In this document: positions 1 through 14,664 of the stretch, in pieces
Layout of the letters: every line of letters starts with the position of its first letter
Numbering within the stretch: position 1 is the stretch's first letter
Source of the DNA: Eledone cirrhosa
Taxonomy: Eukaryota
Direction of reading: 5' to 3'
NCBI GenBank assembly: GCA_964016885.1
Contig: OZ024740.1
Location: forward strand, 264,182,001 to 264,246,000
DNA: 64,000 bases
Notes under the pieces: model-generated
The model's database searches: none
What the model saw: only the letters and a program-made list of their open reading frames with translations
Told to the model about the DNA's origin: nothing
Translations under genes and position numbers: made by a program

Positions 1-80
1 TTTCTTTCTTTCTCTTATATTGAATAGTCCTTTCCATATCTTATATTTGCTTTTAGTAGCAGCTCCGCCTATCGTCTTAC

Positions 81-108
81 CTGGACGGGAAATATCAGCA
101 ACATGTAT
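81..108 (-). CDS. Possible 28-nt host micro-exon (IHVADISRP...)
   Basis: The minus strand reads pyrimidine tract-tcttAG|ATACATGTTGCTGATATTTCCCGTCCAG|GTAAGA, a strong donor. No homology support. Confidence 0.2.
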
Positions 109-1278
109 CTAAGACTTAAGAGAAGACGATACAAAAGAAATATACACAATTCAATAATATTCACATTATTCATTTATCATATCTTATTAGTTTTATTCGT
201 AGCTCTTTTCTCTGCTTTCTAAAGTGTGTTTAGGCTATTGTTATGGGATTAGAAGCTGCACAGAACTTTCCAAAGAAGAATGGAAGAAACGATTAAAACA
301 AAGAATTTGTTTCCGGATAGCTGCTTCGCCGTTGTATATTATAAGTGTGTGGAAATTATCAATGTTCTTGTATGTCTATGTTTATGTATGAATGTGTAGG
401 AAGTGTGGTTGGCGTCCATTTAGATGATGGAATATTAGATGTAAATTTGTGTGTACGAAGGTGTAAGTGTTTGTATGTGTGAATTGTTCTCCAATTGAGC
501 TTAATTAATTAATGGTGCAGCATAACTTTACATTTTATTTAAGCATATGTGTGTGCGTGTGCGCGTGTGTGTGTGTGTGTGTGTGTGTGTGTCTTCTCTG
601 TGTGTGTGTGTATACACTAATGTATTTAGTAATTAGCTAAAACTTTACTTTATAGATATATACATGCGTATATACATGCATATATATATATATATGTCTA
701 TTTGTTTGCACTTTCACTATAAATAGAAAAGAGAGAAACAGAACAGAGTGAGAGAGAGAGAGAGTGATGGAGAGAAAGAAATGGAGAAGGCGGAAAGTGA
801 ATGGGAGAGGTATAGAGAGAGATCAGTTTCATATTAATTATTATCCACTTAAGTGCCAGAAAGTTCCAAGATTGTTCTCCTTAATAACGGCATATACACA
901 CACAAGAATATCATTTCGGTTTCGTATTGTTATTACGGCAAAGTTGATTTGTAAATTACTTTATTAATTAATGTTAGTATAGCTGCACTTGATTGTTGAT
1001 ATAAATTTTCATTAAATTTATGATGTTTATCCGATTCAAATAAAACAAAACAAACAGAGTGATGAAAAAAACGAATGCCTTATTAAAAATCACGCTCAGA
1101 AAGTGTTGGAAGGTTAGGTGCTTCGAACACAGGCCCTTCATCGGGAAACGGAGAGTTTGGATAAGGAGAGATCAAGTACGTACATGAAAGTATGGAACAG
1201 GTTAATTATTTTAGGCCTGGTAGTTGAGTGGTCCGGCATTCGGGAGAAATGACACAAGTAACCCGGAACGAAGTTTTC

Positions 1279-1337
<59 letters not shown>

Positions 1338-1458
1338 CAATGCCAGTGTTGAACAAACGGATGGCGATTTGTCATCGGCACGGCACAGCTTGTTCGTTCT
1401 CAAACGAATTGACTATTACTATTAATATTTGATGTAACACATACGTACATATGTATAT

Positions 1459-1522
<64 letters not shown>

Positions 1523-1533
1523 ACCCATTTTTT

Positions 1534-1601
<68 letters not shown>

Positions 1602-2377
1602 CATACTTATTAGCAACTAAATATAGTTACCATTCAGTTATAACGTGAGTAGGATAGAAACGTATGATAATATACATATTAGCGCATGGAGAATGTATCT
1701 GACATAGACTCATAAGGAAATTGAATTCTGAATATGTGAATGGGAAATATTCCAATCCACTGTGATCATCCTAGAAACTTAAAATCGCAACTCTATTTAA
1801 ATAGTATCATTTGTGCCTAACCTCGTATATTCAGTTTCATTAACAATTTTCCATAAATATATTAATATTTCCTTAAAATATCTTATATCTAATATTAAGA
1901 ATTTTAAGAAATCAAAATTATAACATTTATACTGGATTGGAAAATGATGACATTTATGTAATACCTATTAGCATTTAAATATGGTTACCGGGAGTTATAA
2001 AATAGCAGGAAAGAAACGTATATTAATATACATATTAAGGCATGAATCATATATCAGACTTAGAACCACGAGAAGAATTTTTGCCTCCATTCTCAATTGT
2101 AAATTAATTAATCCAGCAAATTTGAAATCGGATTATTCGGTAAGAAAATATTAAGTAACATTGACATTATATTAGAAAATTAATCAAACTCCAACAATAG
2201 GCCAGCAGCTTTAGCTAGTTTAATAACGTTAACAATTAAGACATTTCCAATGTTTACCCTATTTATCAATCCCTCTCTAATCCCATGTGTTTAACAATGC
2301 AGGGATGCTCACTCTTATAGCACTACACAACCTAAATATACACAGCAAAAGTTTACCACAGTAGATACTGGCTCCTG

Positions 2378-2742
2378 TACTCTCGGATACCAAATAAGGG
2401 GAATGGGGTTGGAATAAGCGGTGGGGTTAGAAAATCAATAGTTTTTCTAGGTTGACTCCCTCGATTTATTTTAAAGAACAGAATCATTCATTTAGTTTAC
2501 ATATTGAGACCTCAACCCATCCTATTTATTTTATAACGTATGAGATTTCATGTAACCTTCTTTTTCGCTTTGTATAAGGTTGTTTAATGTACAGAGAAAA
2601 TTAATTGTCGCAGGAGTGCTAACACTTAAAAAAATTCTGCCGGAGTAAGATTAGCAAACTTTCATAGAAAAGCTGGGGCTGGGTGGGGCATCTGAAAAAT
2701 GTATAAGCGGGGGGAAGGACGTATATTCGAAACCCTAGAGTA
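2378..2742. mobile_element. Degenerate Tc1/pogo-type MITE
   Basis: Imperfect termini TACTCTCGG...CCCTAGAGTA with TA at both ends. ATAAGCGG-G-rich motif near each end. Confidence 0.35.
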
Positions 2743-3099
2743 GAGATTTGGGATTATATCTTTTCTAACACAACAATATCCATGCAATAAATACTTTCAG
2801 GCAAGATTTTCAAACATTTTGTCTCAAAATTATCTATTGCCATTAATCTATTCAGCATTCATTTTTTTCTATGCTACCATCAACTTGACTACGAGTAAGA
2901 ACAAATGTGGTAAATATTTATGGATTTCTATATATCGAACTTCTACGTTATAGATAAACAAGAAACAATATGTATGCACAGACATGAACACACGAATGCA
3001 TGCATACATACACATATGCATGCATACATACATACAAATATACATATATGCATGCATTCATATATACATACATACATACATACATACATACATGCATAT

Positions 3100-5200
3100 A
3101 TACATAAATCCAAGATCAATGTGATAGATAGAACATCATCATAGATGAGCAAGCAGCTGGGAAGAAAGGTGTTTCAGTGTGTGCTGAACAACTAATTAAC
3201 GAAACCGTGATGTCAAATGTGAGATAACTTACAGTCTGACTGGACTACTGGAAAGCATTTGATTCTGTTCCCTACACTTGAATGATAGAGATTCTCCTAC
3301 TTGCTAAAACCCAGACATTATTATCAGAGCCATAGGGCGGTGGATGGGCTGTATCGGTAGAGGGTCGGACACCATGCCTTGACGCATAGAGTTACGGCCC
3401 TTGCCATTCTGTGTTCAAATCTCGCCGAGGTTAACTTTGTCTTTCATCCTTACGGGGCCGATAAAATAAAGTACCAGTAATGTACTGGGTATTTGCTGGC
3501 CTTGTGCCAATAGTAGAAACAATTATTATCAGAGCCATAGAAAACCTAACTTATTCTTGTTCTACTATCCTAAAGTTAAAGAACAAAGAAGGATTACTCT
3601 ATTTTCACTGATAAAAAGAATATCACAGGGATGTGTTTCAAGGAGACAGTCTCTCTGTGCTACTATTTATTCTGCCATTAAATCTCTTGTCCTTTCTGGT
3701 CAAGAAATGTGAAAGATACATTATTGTCTCACAGGACGACATAATTACGTACCTAACGAATAATTTCATTCTGGATTACCTAAAACTCTATGCCAAGAAA
3801 TATTATAAATGTTCATATAAGATTGTCAAAAGTGGAAAAACTATAATCTAGCAGCATTTTTATCAATGGCCGAACATTTTCACCGCCTAACTGACGAGGT
3901 GTTTTACCGATACTTAGGGATAGGAGAGAAGATGTCCTATGGTGATATATGTAACAAGGAACGCGTAACCAGGATATATTACTCCCAATTAAGAAACAAA
4001 ATCGTCATCTGAAATCTTTCTCTCCCAACACCAAGCTTTAGAATGATCGATTGGACGATATGCGAAATCCGAGCAATAGTTGTTAAAGCAGCACCGGTAA
4101 CTTCCACAACAACAGTGGCATAGACCACCTATACTTGAAAGGTAAGCAAGGAGAGAAAGGTCAAACATCTGGTCAGACAGCATTTGAATGTCACATCGTA
4201 TCCCCCTGACAACATCTACGAATCTCCAAGGGTAGGAGACCATCTATTGAGCAAGTATGTTTGCATAAGACAGATAAGATTATGAGAGTTTGGAAAGAAC
4301 TCCTTGAATACACCTTACATGATAATCATAAACGCGCACCTAAGGAAATTGTCAAGAAATACCGCAGTGAATCCATGGATAAAAAAACTGTATGCTTATC
4401 AGCAAAAAAAAATCATGCATGGGTATGTTGCCAGAAAGCTCCAGTGTAAGAGTAATATAGATAAGCAAAGTAGTCTATCTTGGACCAACCACCACTGCAT
4501 TGGTTCTGAATTTGAAGGATATGCTTTTGCAATCCAAGAACAGGAAAACAAAGCAAAATACATGATACACAAAGGTGATAGGGATGCAGGCAAAACAATT
4601 AGCTGTGAAAACAAATGCATACTCTGCAGAATTATCATGATGTCACTCATGTCATAAGCAGCTGTCCAAAGATGTAATCACGGTATATCTAGCTATGAGG
4701 CATGATGTAGTGGCCAAAATACTACACAATGCAATCCGTAGAAAAGATAACCTCGACGATAAACACTAAGAGTTACAGCATTGTGGAAGATAAATACGTA
4801 CATAATATGAAAGATTACCGGTGGAATGTTCCAGTCAAATCCCAAATAAAATGCAAGCATAACAGACCAGATGTAATCATATGGGACAAGAAAAAGAAGG
4901 CATACGCAGTAGTGAAAGTCAGCTGTGCAGCAGCTGCCAATATGATCTCAAAGATTAGTGAAAAGGAGAATATCTATGCAGAACTAATGAGAAATCTGCA
5001 GATATTCCACCCTGATTATACCTTCAGATGTACGCCTGTGATTATTGGGGTACTGGGGTATGTTAGTAACTGCTTCAATACAAATCTTGAGAAGCTGGGC
5101 TTCACAGGAATCGAAAGAACACAACTAGTTAGGAAATTACAAGTACAATCCATTAATGGAACAGTAAAGATATGTAAAACATTCCAAAATTCTGTATCTA
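3100..5200 (+). mobile_element. Decayed, 5'-truncated R4/Dong-like non-LTR retrotransposon (RT, CCHC, restriction-like endonuclease)
   Basis: LDYWKAFDSVP (~3240), FQGDSLS (3636), LDYLKLY, CILC..H..C..RHD (~4616-4705), HNRPD..(E/K)VS..K RLE motif in ORF 4729-5247. Many frameshifts. (CATA)n-like repeats on both sides. Confidence 0.85.
3336..3521 (+). mobile_element. tRNA-derived SINE inserted in the R4-like LINE
   Basis: A-box-like head and B box GTTCAAATC. Exact 19-bp TSD ATTATTATCAGAGCCATAG at 3317-3335 and 3522-3540. Same family at 53860, 55569 and 57708. Confidence 0.9.
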
Positions 5201-5558
5201 ATAACTGCATGTACATATACAAAGCATATGCACCTGCATACATATAACTTAAAACATGCACACAGACACATACATTAACATCCATACCTGTACACACATG
5301 CATACAGACAGGTTACATGTCTACCTAGTTGATGTTGTTTAAATTCCAATGAATGGGTCTTGTATCTATGTTAGAAACCGACTCTTTCTCTCTATTGGTA
5401 AATATTAATAAAATTATAAAACCAGAAGAACATACATACATACATACATACATAAATACATACATGCATGCATTCATGCATACATACATACATACATACA
5501 TACATACATACATACATACATACATACATTCATACATACATACATGCATACATACATG

Positions 5559-5592
<34 letters not shown>

Positions 5593-5713
5593 TATACATA
5601 CATACATATATGCATACCTCAGATGGTTTGTGCATAGATGAGATTCTACCTAGTAACATTACTGAAAAGGTTAATTGGAGATTATAGTAGAAACCATTGT
5701 TATGAATAGTACT

Positions 5714-5774
<61 letters not shown>

Positions 5775-6569
5775 AATTATATACATATATATATATACAT
5801 ATACTATACATATATTCATATTTATACATACACGTAGTTGTCGATATAATCGAATATGAATAACTTTCATATACCAATTACCTAATGACACTTTTCTTAT
5901 CAACAAGATTGATCTTGAGGTGTGAATTAAAAACGAAAATGTTTACCAATTTTATAGAAAATCATTTTTTTCGTCGTTGTAGATTTAAAGAGAGATAATA
6001 TTTAAGTTGATAGATAGGATAACACGGAATTACAGAAATCAAAAACAGAATAACAAGACTCAGTTCTTGTTTTTAGATAAGATTAATGTTAGTTTTTACG
6101 AGCTGTTCTCATCTTTTATAAAACCTGACGATAATCAAAGATTTGACGGGAAAATAATGAAAAAATTTCTTTAACTGAATATTTAGTAGCGATGAAGTTT
6201 AGATGAAATAAATATGAAGAATACTTGAGGCGCCTAAAATATTCTGTAGGTCTGTATAGAAAACATACATTTATAAGCGCATACATTTATTTTATTCGTA
6301 TTAAGTAATATTTTTCTGCGTGCACATGATAGTTTAAACAACGTATTCAAAAACAGCTATACCTCCTGCAATACACATCATAATACTAATAAAATTAGTA
6401 CAATAGTCGAAAATTTGCGTTAAAATGAAAGAATTTTGCTTTAAATCAAGGGCCCCGTGTAATGACGAAGAAATTGTTTAAATTTAAATATTTTAAACTT
6501 TAAAACATTAAATCTATTACAATGTTCCAACCTTAACAACGCAGTTAATCGTTCTTCGTATTTTCTGTT

Positions 6570-6767
<198 letters not shown>

Positions 6768-7278
6768 AAATATTCTGTTGATTCAGGTTTATTTGAAACT
6801 CCGTTGTACACATTTCACTGAGGATTATCTATTATGATAGCCTGATAGCAAAACCTAAAATATACATGGAAAGTTCGTACGAAACATTCAGATTTGGAAA
6901 GTCTAATAATTTCCCTGAAAAAAGGTTTTCTTTTCATGATACAGGCAGCCGGCCGAACGCGTGCTGTTGTTTCTTCGACTGTCGACTCCTGTATGACCGC
7001 AAGAGTTTTGGCGGAAATGCTAGTCAGTTTAGGAATTAACGAAATCAGTGGTAGCCCTTCTCGCTCCTCTCTCTTTCTTTAGCTGTTGTAGTAGTATTAA
7101 ACTCACCGACTGCTATAATAGTAGTGACAACGAACCACTCCAAACCCCGTATTGTCCACAGGAGTGCAATAAGTGTGAATGATATAACCAATATCAAAAT
7201 TCTCTCTTTCTCCCTCTATCTCTCTCTCTCACTCTCTCTCGCTATCTCTCTCTCTCTCTACATATATATATATATTTA

Positions 7279-7857
7279 TTAAAATAACAGATTAAAGTTT
7301 AAGCAAAGAATCGCTGCTTTCACCCTTAACGGGATCTTCTGAAACTAACAAAGTCAATCTGTGAACGCAGAAGTGAATATTTCAAAAAAACGTTGCAACC
7401 GGAGGAAGACAAGAAGACGATACTTTGGTTTGTGGAAACGTACCCTGACAAAGAACGGGAAAAAACGAATATAATACGTCATTATTTGGAGCGGTGAAAA
7501 ACAATTACACGCAAAGACAAAACCACGTTTATGGTATAAAAAAGTCGTAGACTAATATTCTCTTAGGTGGTTCATAGAGACGTTCACTGGCATTGAACGG
7601 ACAAAACGAAGATAATACGTCATATGTGGAGTGGAGAGAACAATTGCACGCAAAGACAAAACCACATAAACGGTATAACTGAAGTCGTAGACTAAAATTC
7701 TAACTAGGAAACCGAATGATTCTCGGTTTCAGAGTTAAGAATAAAGTAAATAAAATACAGAGGTAATTAAAATTAAATAAATACATACAGGCATCCATAT
7801 ACGTACATACACAAGCATACGCGAAAACACTCGCGATAGGTATGCAAATACACGCAC

Positions 7858-7889
<32 letters not shown>

Positions 7890-8826
7890 ATGTGTGTGTG
7901 TATGTGTGTGCGTGTATACAAATAATTAAATAAACGTATATAAATAAATAAATATGTATATAACAAGCGCACACACATACCTACATGGAAATACACATAT
8001 GTTCGGAGAATACGTCAACCAAACACGAAGTACACATATACACACACCCTACATAGGTACGAACCCACATACTCACACAGACGCAAAACTCACGTATACA
8101 CATAACCAAAAGCATATGTAGCAGAATATATAAAATATACGCCAATAACATATACAATCAAATATAGGTACGAGAAAGTATACGTACCTTCACAAAACAT
8201 ACAAGTAATATATACTTACCTATACAAATACGAAGGGTATAAACACAACATATACTTAGCTACCACATCAAGACGTAAAATATCCACGTATAGATTGTAC
8301 TATCCGTTAGGGTATAATGTGGGGCTGTTATACAGGAAAGTTTCGTGCAATTTATGTTTTTTTGTTTAAGATGTGGTCTTTGGCGTAGAGTATTTCTAGG
8401 GCCTCAGCGGCGCAGAGGTCACATGGTCTTTTATACCGTTATACGATCTACCGTCTAGCTAGGATCTTCCAGTGTAACTTATATTGGGTGTGGTTGTCTT
8501 TTAGACTCCAGATATAAGCTGAAAGTAACGTCATATTACTTCTTAGAGTATAACGAAAAGAATGGGTATGCATGTAAAGACGCTGCTTGAATTTATTGGC
8601 GGTTAACCCTATGTAGGCCCTACGGGACGTGGGTGTTTCAACATTACATTTGTAGACAATGTTACTAGAGAGGCATTTCCCGGATAGGGGGCAGTCAACC
8701 CAGGGTTGCACGTGTTCCTACGGCTAGATAGTTTACCTAATTTGAAGCTGTGATGTTGTGTGCAATGTTAGGAGTCGTGGAGTAAGAAATGTTAATAGTA
8801 TTTATATTTAAAATGTTACTATATTT
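7279..8826 (-). mobile_element. Hydra-like PLE family C, left (tail-less) arm: GIY-YIG remnant plus 3' UTR
   Basis: NTINISYSTTPN, CPLSGKC..NIVYKC..YIGLTANKFKQR..H..W.IL in ORF 8448-8711. 7279-7990 is the reverse complement of 8827-9400. Confidence 0.85.
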
Positions 8827-9491
8827 ATGTGTATGCGCTTGTTATATACGTATTTATTTATTTATATACGTTTATTTAATTATTTGTATACACGCACACA
8901 CACACATATATATATATGTGCGTGTATTTGTATTCCTATGGCGAGTGTTTTCGCGTATGCTTGTGTAATTACGTATATGGTTGCCTGTATGTATTTATTT
9001 AATTTCAATTACCTCTGTATTTTATTTACTTTATTCTTAACTCTGAAGCCGAGAATCATTCGGTTTCCTATTTAGAATTTTAGTCTACGACTTCAGTTAT
9101 ACCATTTACGTGGTTCTGTCTTTGCGTGCAACTGTTCTTTCATACCACAAACGTGGTTTTGTCTTTGCGTGTAATTGTTTTTCATCGCTCCAAATAGTGA
9201 CGTATTATATTCGTTTTTTCCCGTTCTTTGCCAGGGAACGTTTCCACGAACCAAAGTATGGTTTCCTTATCTTCCTCCGGTTGCAACGTTTTTTAAAATT
9301 ATTCACTTCTGCGTTCACAGATTGACTTTGTTAGTATCAGAAGACCCCGTTAAGGGTGAAAGCGGCGATTCTTTGCTTAAACTTTAATCTGTTATTTTAA
9401 AAAAATATTTGCTCTAGGGTTCTTATACATTTTATGTATATTTATCCTTATCGAGCCCTCTTTGAATTTTAGTCTTCAAATTTATTATTAT

Positions 9492-9495
<4 letters not shown>
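8827..9495 (+). mobile_element. PLE family C, right (tail-bearing) arm
   Basis: Inverted copy of the family C 3' UTR plus ~90 nt extra tail (GCTCTAG...TCGAGCCCTC) ending in (TA)n. Confidence 0.8.
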
Positions 9496-9528
<33 letters not shown>

Positions 9529-9529
9529 G

Positions 9530-9847
<318 letters not shown>

Positions 9848-10174
9848 TACTAAAACAGAGAATATCTGTTTGTCTGTCTGTGTGTCCAATCACTAAAACT
9901 CGAGAACCACGAAAAATAGTTTTTTCAAACTTTACACATGTAATACCTATGGTGCCTTGAGTGTTTTGAGCAAAGAAATTGCCAAAATTTCAATGCCCTA
10001 GGGATGGAATTCAGCGATTTAGCGATCTCTCTCTATAATTCTTAGTCTTTCTCTTTTTAGATAGATACATAGATATAACGTCGCGCCTTTATAATATCTG
10101 TCTGTATGGCTGGCTGTCTGCATTAAGTCATTATGACGCGGTGTGTGTACGTGTGTGTATATATGTATATATAG

Positions 10175-10205
<31 letters not shown>

Positions 10206-10214
10206 TGTAACGTT

Positions 10215-10340
10215 TTTTAAAATATTTATTTCTGCGTTTTATTTATTATTTTAATTTCAGATTTATTGTTTTAATTTCAGAAGATCCCGTTAAGGGTGAA
10301 AGCAGAGATTCTTTGCTTAAAATTTCATCTGTTATTTTAA
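10215..10340 (+). mobile_element. PLE family C 3' fragment (tail-less)
   Basis: Matches 9285-9400. A further minus-strand copy lies at 10836-10925 and a tail fragment at 11180-11234. Confidence 0.7.
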
Positions 10341-10354
10341 TATATATATATATA

Positions 10355-10820
10355 TTTCGTTTCTGAATTTGTTTAGCAAGATTCTTTATCTGAAACCGAT
10401 ATTGTTAAACTTTGGGAGGGTCATGTTGCCAATAAGAAACACACACACCAATGGCTTTCACTCCAATTTATTATAAATTAAGGACAAAATGAAAACACAC
10501 ACACATAGAACAAACAACCAACTAGTGACATGTAAATAAATAAATAAATAAACAAATAAAAACACACACAGACACCCGCATGTAACACATGCGCAAACTA
10601 AGCACACATCACACACAAAAACAAGATGGCGTAGGACAGAACAAAGGAGAGGCACAAAACAAAGAAAAGAATCCCCGGTCATTGATGAGGTTACATAATG
10701 TGTGACGAAAGACATTTGATAATATATGAACAACCGTCCGGTTTTGGAACCAACCAACCAACCTGATATTTATAATTTTTTAAAAATTTATTATTTAATT
10801 TATAATAAATTGGAGTGAAA
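10355..10820. mobile_element. PLE pseudo-LTR fragments (family H-related) with hammerhead-like motif at 10677-10720
   Basis: TCA-TTGATGA-GGTTAC..GTGAC-GAAA-GACA-TT-TGA. Similar to 47989-48460 and to the ends of 20085-21782. Confidence 0.6.
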
Positions 10821-11696
10821 CAATATATATATATTATAATAACAGATTAAAGTTTAAGCAAATAATCTCTACTTTCACCCTTAACGGGATCTTATGAAAC
10901 TAAAATAATAAATCTGTGAACGTAAATATTTATATATTCGTGTACATATATTTTTTGCATACACATATAAACAAAAGTATTTATTTCGCGATAAAGTATT
11001 GATTTTCTCCGAACGGAAAAAACCCTGGTAATATAACACGGATTTTTTTTATAAGCACAAAATATAGACACCAACCCGAGGCCGAGGTATTCTGTACACC
11101 TCTGTACTGTTATTTATATATTCGTGTACAGATATTTTTGCATACACAATAACAAAAGATGTATAAACGTATCTACTTCACGAGGCTCGAGAAGAATAAT
11201 TATATATCAAATATATAAGAAACCTAGAGCAAATCCCGAGCAACACCGGGCCATTCTGCTAGTATAAATATATAGTACTGTAGTTAATACGAGGCATTGT
11301 GCTCTTTTTTAAAGCCGGTACGATGCAGTAGAGAAGTACGAAGAGCAAATGATGACAAAACAAAGTAATGTTTTACCCAGTATATTTCAGCATAATATTT
11401 CAGGGCAATCACTCTCTTTTCAGATGCAATACAGAAACGGTCCAAACTGAAAAACGAGCGATCAGAATATTCATCCCCACATAATCTATCTGTTTGCAAA
11501 ACGCATGCGCATACGAAGGGTCACTGCAGTAGTATCATGCCTCTTATAAAGTGAGGAGTAAGAACCCCGTTGAAATATCGCTGGTACGAAGTTAATCACT
11601 TTGATATGGTGGGGCATTAGAATAGCTAAGTTATTAACTGAGAGAGAGGTAGAGTGGTGTTCTTCTTTCTGAAGGCATGTTTTTTAATTTTTTAAT

Positions 11697-11808
<112 letters not shown>

Positions 11809-11954
11809 GTCTAAGCGGACAGTACTTGATTTAGGAGTCGCAGAAACCCAAATGATGGATTTTACCAACCATCCAGGGGTCCTGGTAAATTTTTCAATCA
11901 CATATTTTTTTATTTGTTTGACACGAATTACTGGGTCGTTTCTATGGCTGTGCG

Positions 11955-11989
<35 letters not shown>

Positions 11990-11991
<2 letters not shown>

Positions 11992-12020
11992 TAGATGGCC
12001 CGTCCGGCTGGCGCTCGGCT
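11990..12020 (-). mobile_element. Possible Helitron 3' end
   Basis: Minus strand: GC-rich hairpin-like GCCGAGCGCCAGCCGGACGGGC followed by CATCTAG|T. Confidence 0.35.
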
Positions 12021-12101
12021 AGGTATACCTGCCCGCACAACTCCACTGTGCAAAGGTACCACACACCATCCCGTGTCACATTGTACTTCTTACTCTCTCT
12101 C

Positions 12102-12164
<63 letters not shown>

Positions 12165-12444
12165 CTCTCTCTCTATGTGCATATATTGAAGGGTGATACC
12201 GAAACTAAAACAGTGTTGTCATATAGAGAATGAAGAGCGACAGAGAGAGTAAAGCAGTTAAATAATAGAGAGGCGGATGATCTTCCATACATACATATAA
12301 AGTATAGATGTGTGCGTGTGTGTGTGTGTGTATGTGTTTTTGTGTATGTGTGTTTGTGCATGTGTGTGTCTGTGTGTTTTGTTTTGATGTTATCCGGCAA
12401 TTGCCGAAATCAGTTGTGAAAGTATGTGCATTTGTGTGTATGTA

Positions 12445-12528
<84 letters not shown>

Positions 12529-13011
12529 TGTGTTACTTATGCGAGCGACGACACAAGAAGTGTGTGGGATACATACATTATTATATTTGCCCGTATTTTC
12601 GTTCTGCAACCATTACATTTTGATATTTGTATCCAAATGATTTTAGATGCATGTATTACCTGCTTGCCCATCCTTCTGTTCTGTTTACCTGTCTCCCCCT
12701 CTCTCTCTATCTCTCTCTCTCTCCTCTCTTCTTTCTCTCTCTCTTTAGATGTGTGTGTGTGTGTGTAGTAGTCCTAATCTGTCTCTTTCACTCTCTGTCT
12801 CTCTAAGAGGGTTGCCTTTTGATGTATGTATTACCTGCTTGTGTCTTGACCAAATTTGAAGGAGGTTATCCTTTTGAAATAAACATACATACGACGCTCA
12901 TCTCTATGTCGATATATGATATAAATAATGTGATTGATGAGTTAATATCAACTACAACGGATGATGGAGCGCGTCTACCTGAAATAAGGGACTATCTTAT
13001 TTCTCATTCTT

Positions 13012-13047
13012 TCTTGTGATGAAGGACTAGCGTCCGAAACGTTAAGA
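13012..13047 (+). ncRNA. Minimal type I hammerhead ribozyme (C3 mutated) in a PLE 3' fragment (~12800-13130)
   Basis: TCTT-GTGATGA-A-GGAC tagc GTCC-GAAA-CG-TT-AAGA. Confidence 0.65.
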
Positions 13048-13131
13048 CACTCTCAGTACAATATCAAGCGTTCACCTAATATATCCTTTCCATATACTGT
13101 ACCGAATGTGTTGTTATTTCTGATTACCTTT

Positions 13132-13261
<130 letters not shown>

Positions 13262-13542
13262 GAGTTAGAGGTAGCAGTAGAGTGGATTTCTTCTTTCTTA
13301 AGACATGTTTTTAATACATGCTCATGTGCATATGTATATATGTGCAAGGATACATGTTCATGTGTATGTGTGTACGATTGCGTGGGTTTGTGCATGTGTG
13401 TTTGTGTGTGTGTGTGTCTGTGTGTTTGTCAGTTTTATTCAAGTATATTCGTGACTGTATGTGAATTCACGTATGAATGAGTATATGCGTGAATATACAT
13501 ATGTATATGCACGCGTGTGAATATGTATATATAAATAATATG

Positions 13543-13574
<32 letters not shown>

Positions 13575-13614
13575 CATAATATGAGATCAAAAGATGGTTA
13601 AAGGAGTTCCATAT

Positions 13615-13683
13615 ATTTTATTATACGTATTTCAAAAACAAACATCATCATGCAATAATATTTGTGTTTTCATCAGATAAAAC
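13615..13683 (-). ncRNA. Type I hammerhead ribozyme
   Basis: GTTTTAT-CTGATGA-stem II-GAAA-TACGTA-TA-ATAAAAT. Confidence 0.8.
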
Positions 13684-14664
13684 AGGAGAACATGATATGA
13701 AGGCTAAAAAACACTTGTTGATAGTGCAGTTTTAAATCAACATATGAAAAGTGGTTTTAGATTGATGTGTGATATTGGGAAAACATTTTATTTAGAGAGG
13801 GGGGGGGGGAAAGGATGAAAAGGGAAGGAGATGAGAGGGAGAGATGGGTGATAGAGAGAAAGAGATAGTTTTTATAACTGAGAGGAGATATATTTTTTAC
13901 ATAGAGGGGTTGAAAACCGTTGGAAGATACTGTATAAATTAAAAATTTTGAAAATTAACGAAGGGAGGATATGTGCGAGGAAAAAATATTTTATTTAGGG
14001 AGGGGGGGTGGAAAGTATGAAAAAAAGGGGGGAGGAGATGAGAGTGAAGGTGGAGAGGGAGAGATGGGTGATAGAGAGAAAGAGATAGTTTTTATAACTG
14101 AGAAAAAGATATATTGTTTTAATATAGAGAGGTTGGGAACCGTTGGAAGATAATGTATAAATTAAAGGAATTTGAAAATTAACGAAGGGAAATTATGTAT
14201 GAAGATAGAGAGAAAAAAATAATAATTGTGGGTGAATATTCTAACGTCAAAAGAAGAAATGTATGTATTGTGGCAATTTCAAAATTAGCGAAGAGAAAAA
14301 TTGTTAAGGTGTGTGTGTAGAAGGATTTGAGAAAAATAATGTGAAGTTAAAGTTTGTATATTGAATTGATATGTATTAATAATGAGTTCGTTGATGGGGA
14401 GAAAAAAATAATAATAAATTAAGGATGAAATTGAGATTAAAAAGATTTATGATAGAGAGAAAAAATAATAATGATTGCGGATGAATATTCAAAATGTCAA
14501 AAACAAATGTTATTATTTTACGAGAAGATAGAATGAGGGTAATGAGTAAACGAGTATTATAGAGTGTATAATGCCCTTTAAAGTAAGGTAGATGGGTATA
14601 TTTTAAAGAGGTGTATGTATATGTGCCTTTGAGAAAAGATTCTAAATTGATAAAGAATTGAATA

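Noticed and set aside
6810-7090. GC-richer stretch with open frames on both strands
   Set aside because: No recognisable motif or convincing splice pair. It cannot be supported as an exon.
11288-11547. Mariner-type MITE (TACGAGGCAT..ATGCCTCTTA)
   Set aside because: The inverted match is only about 10 bp with a mismatch, which is insufficient.
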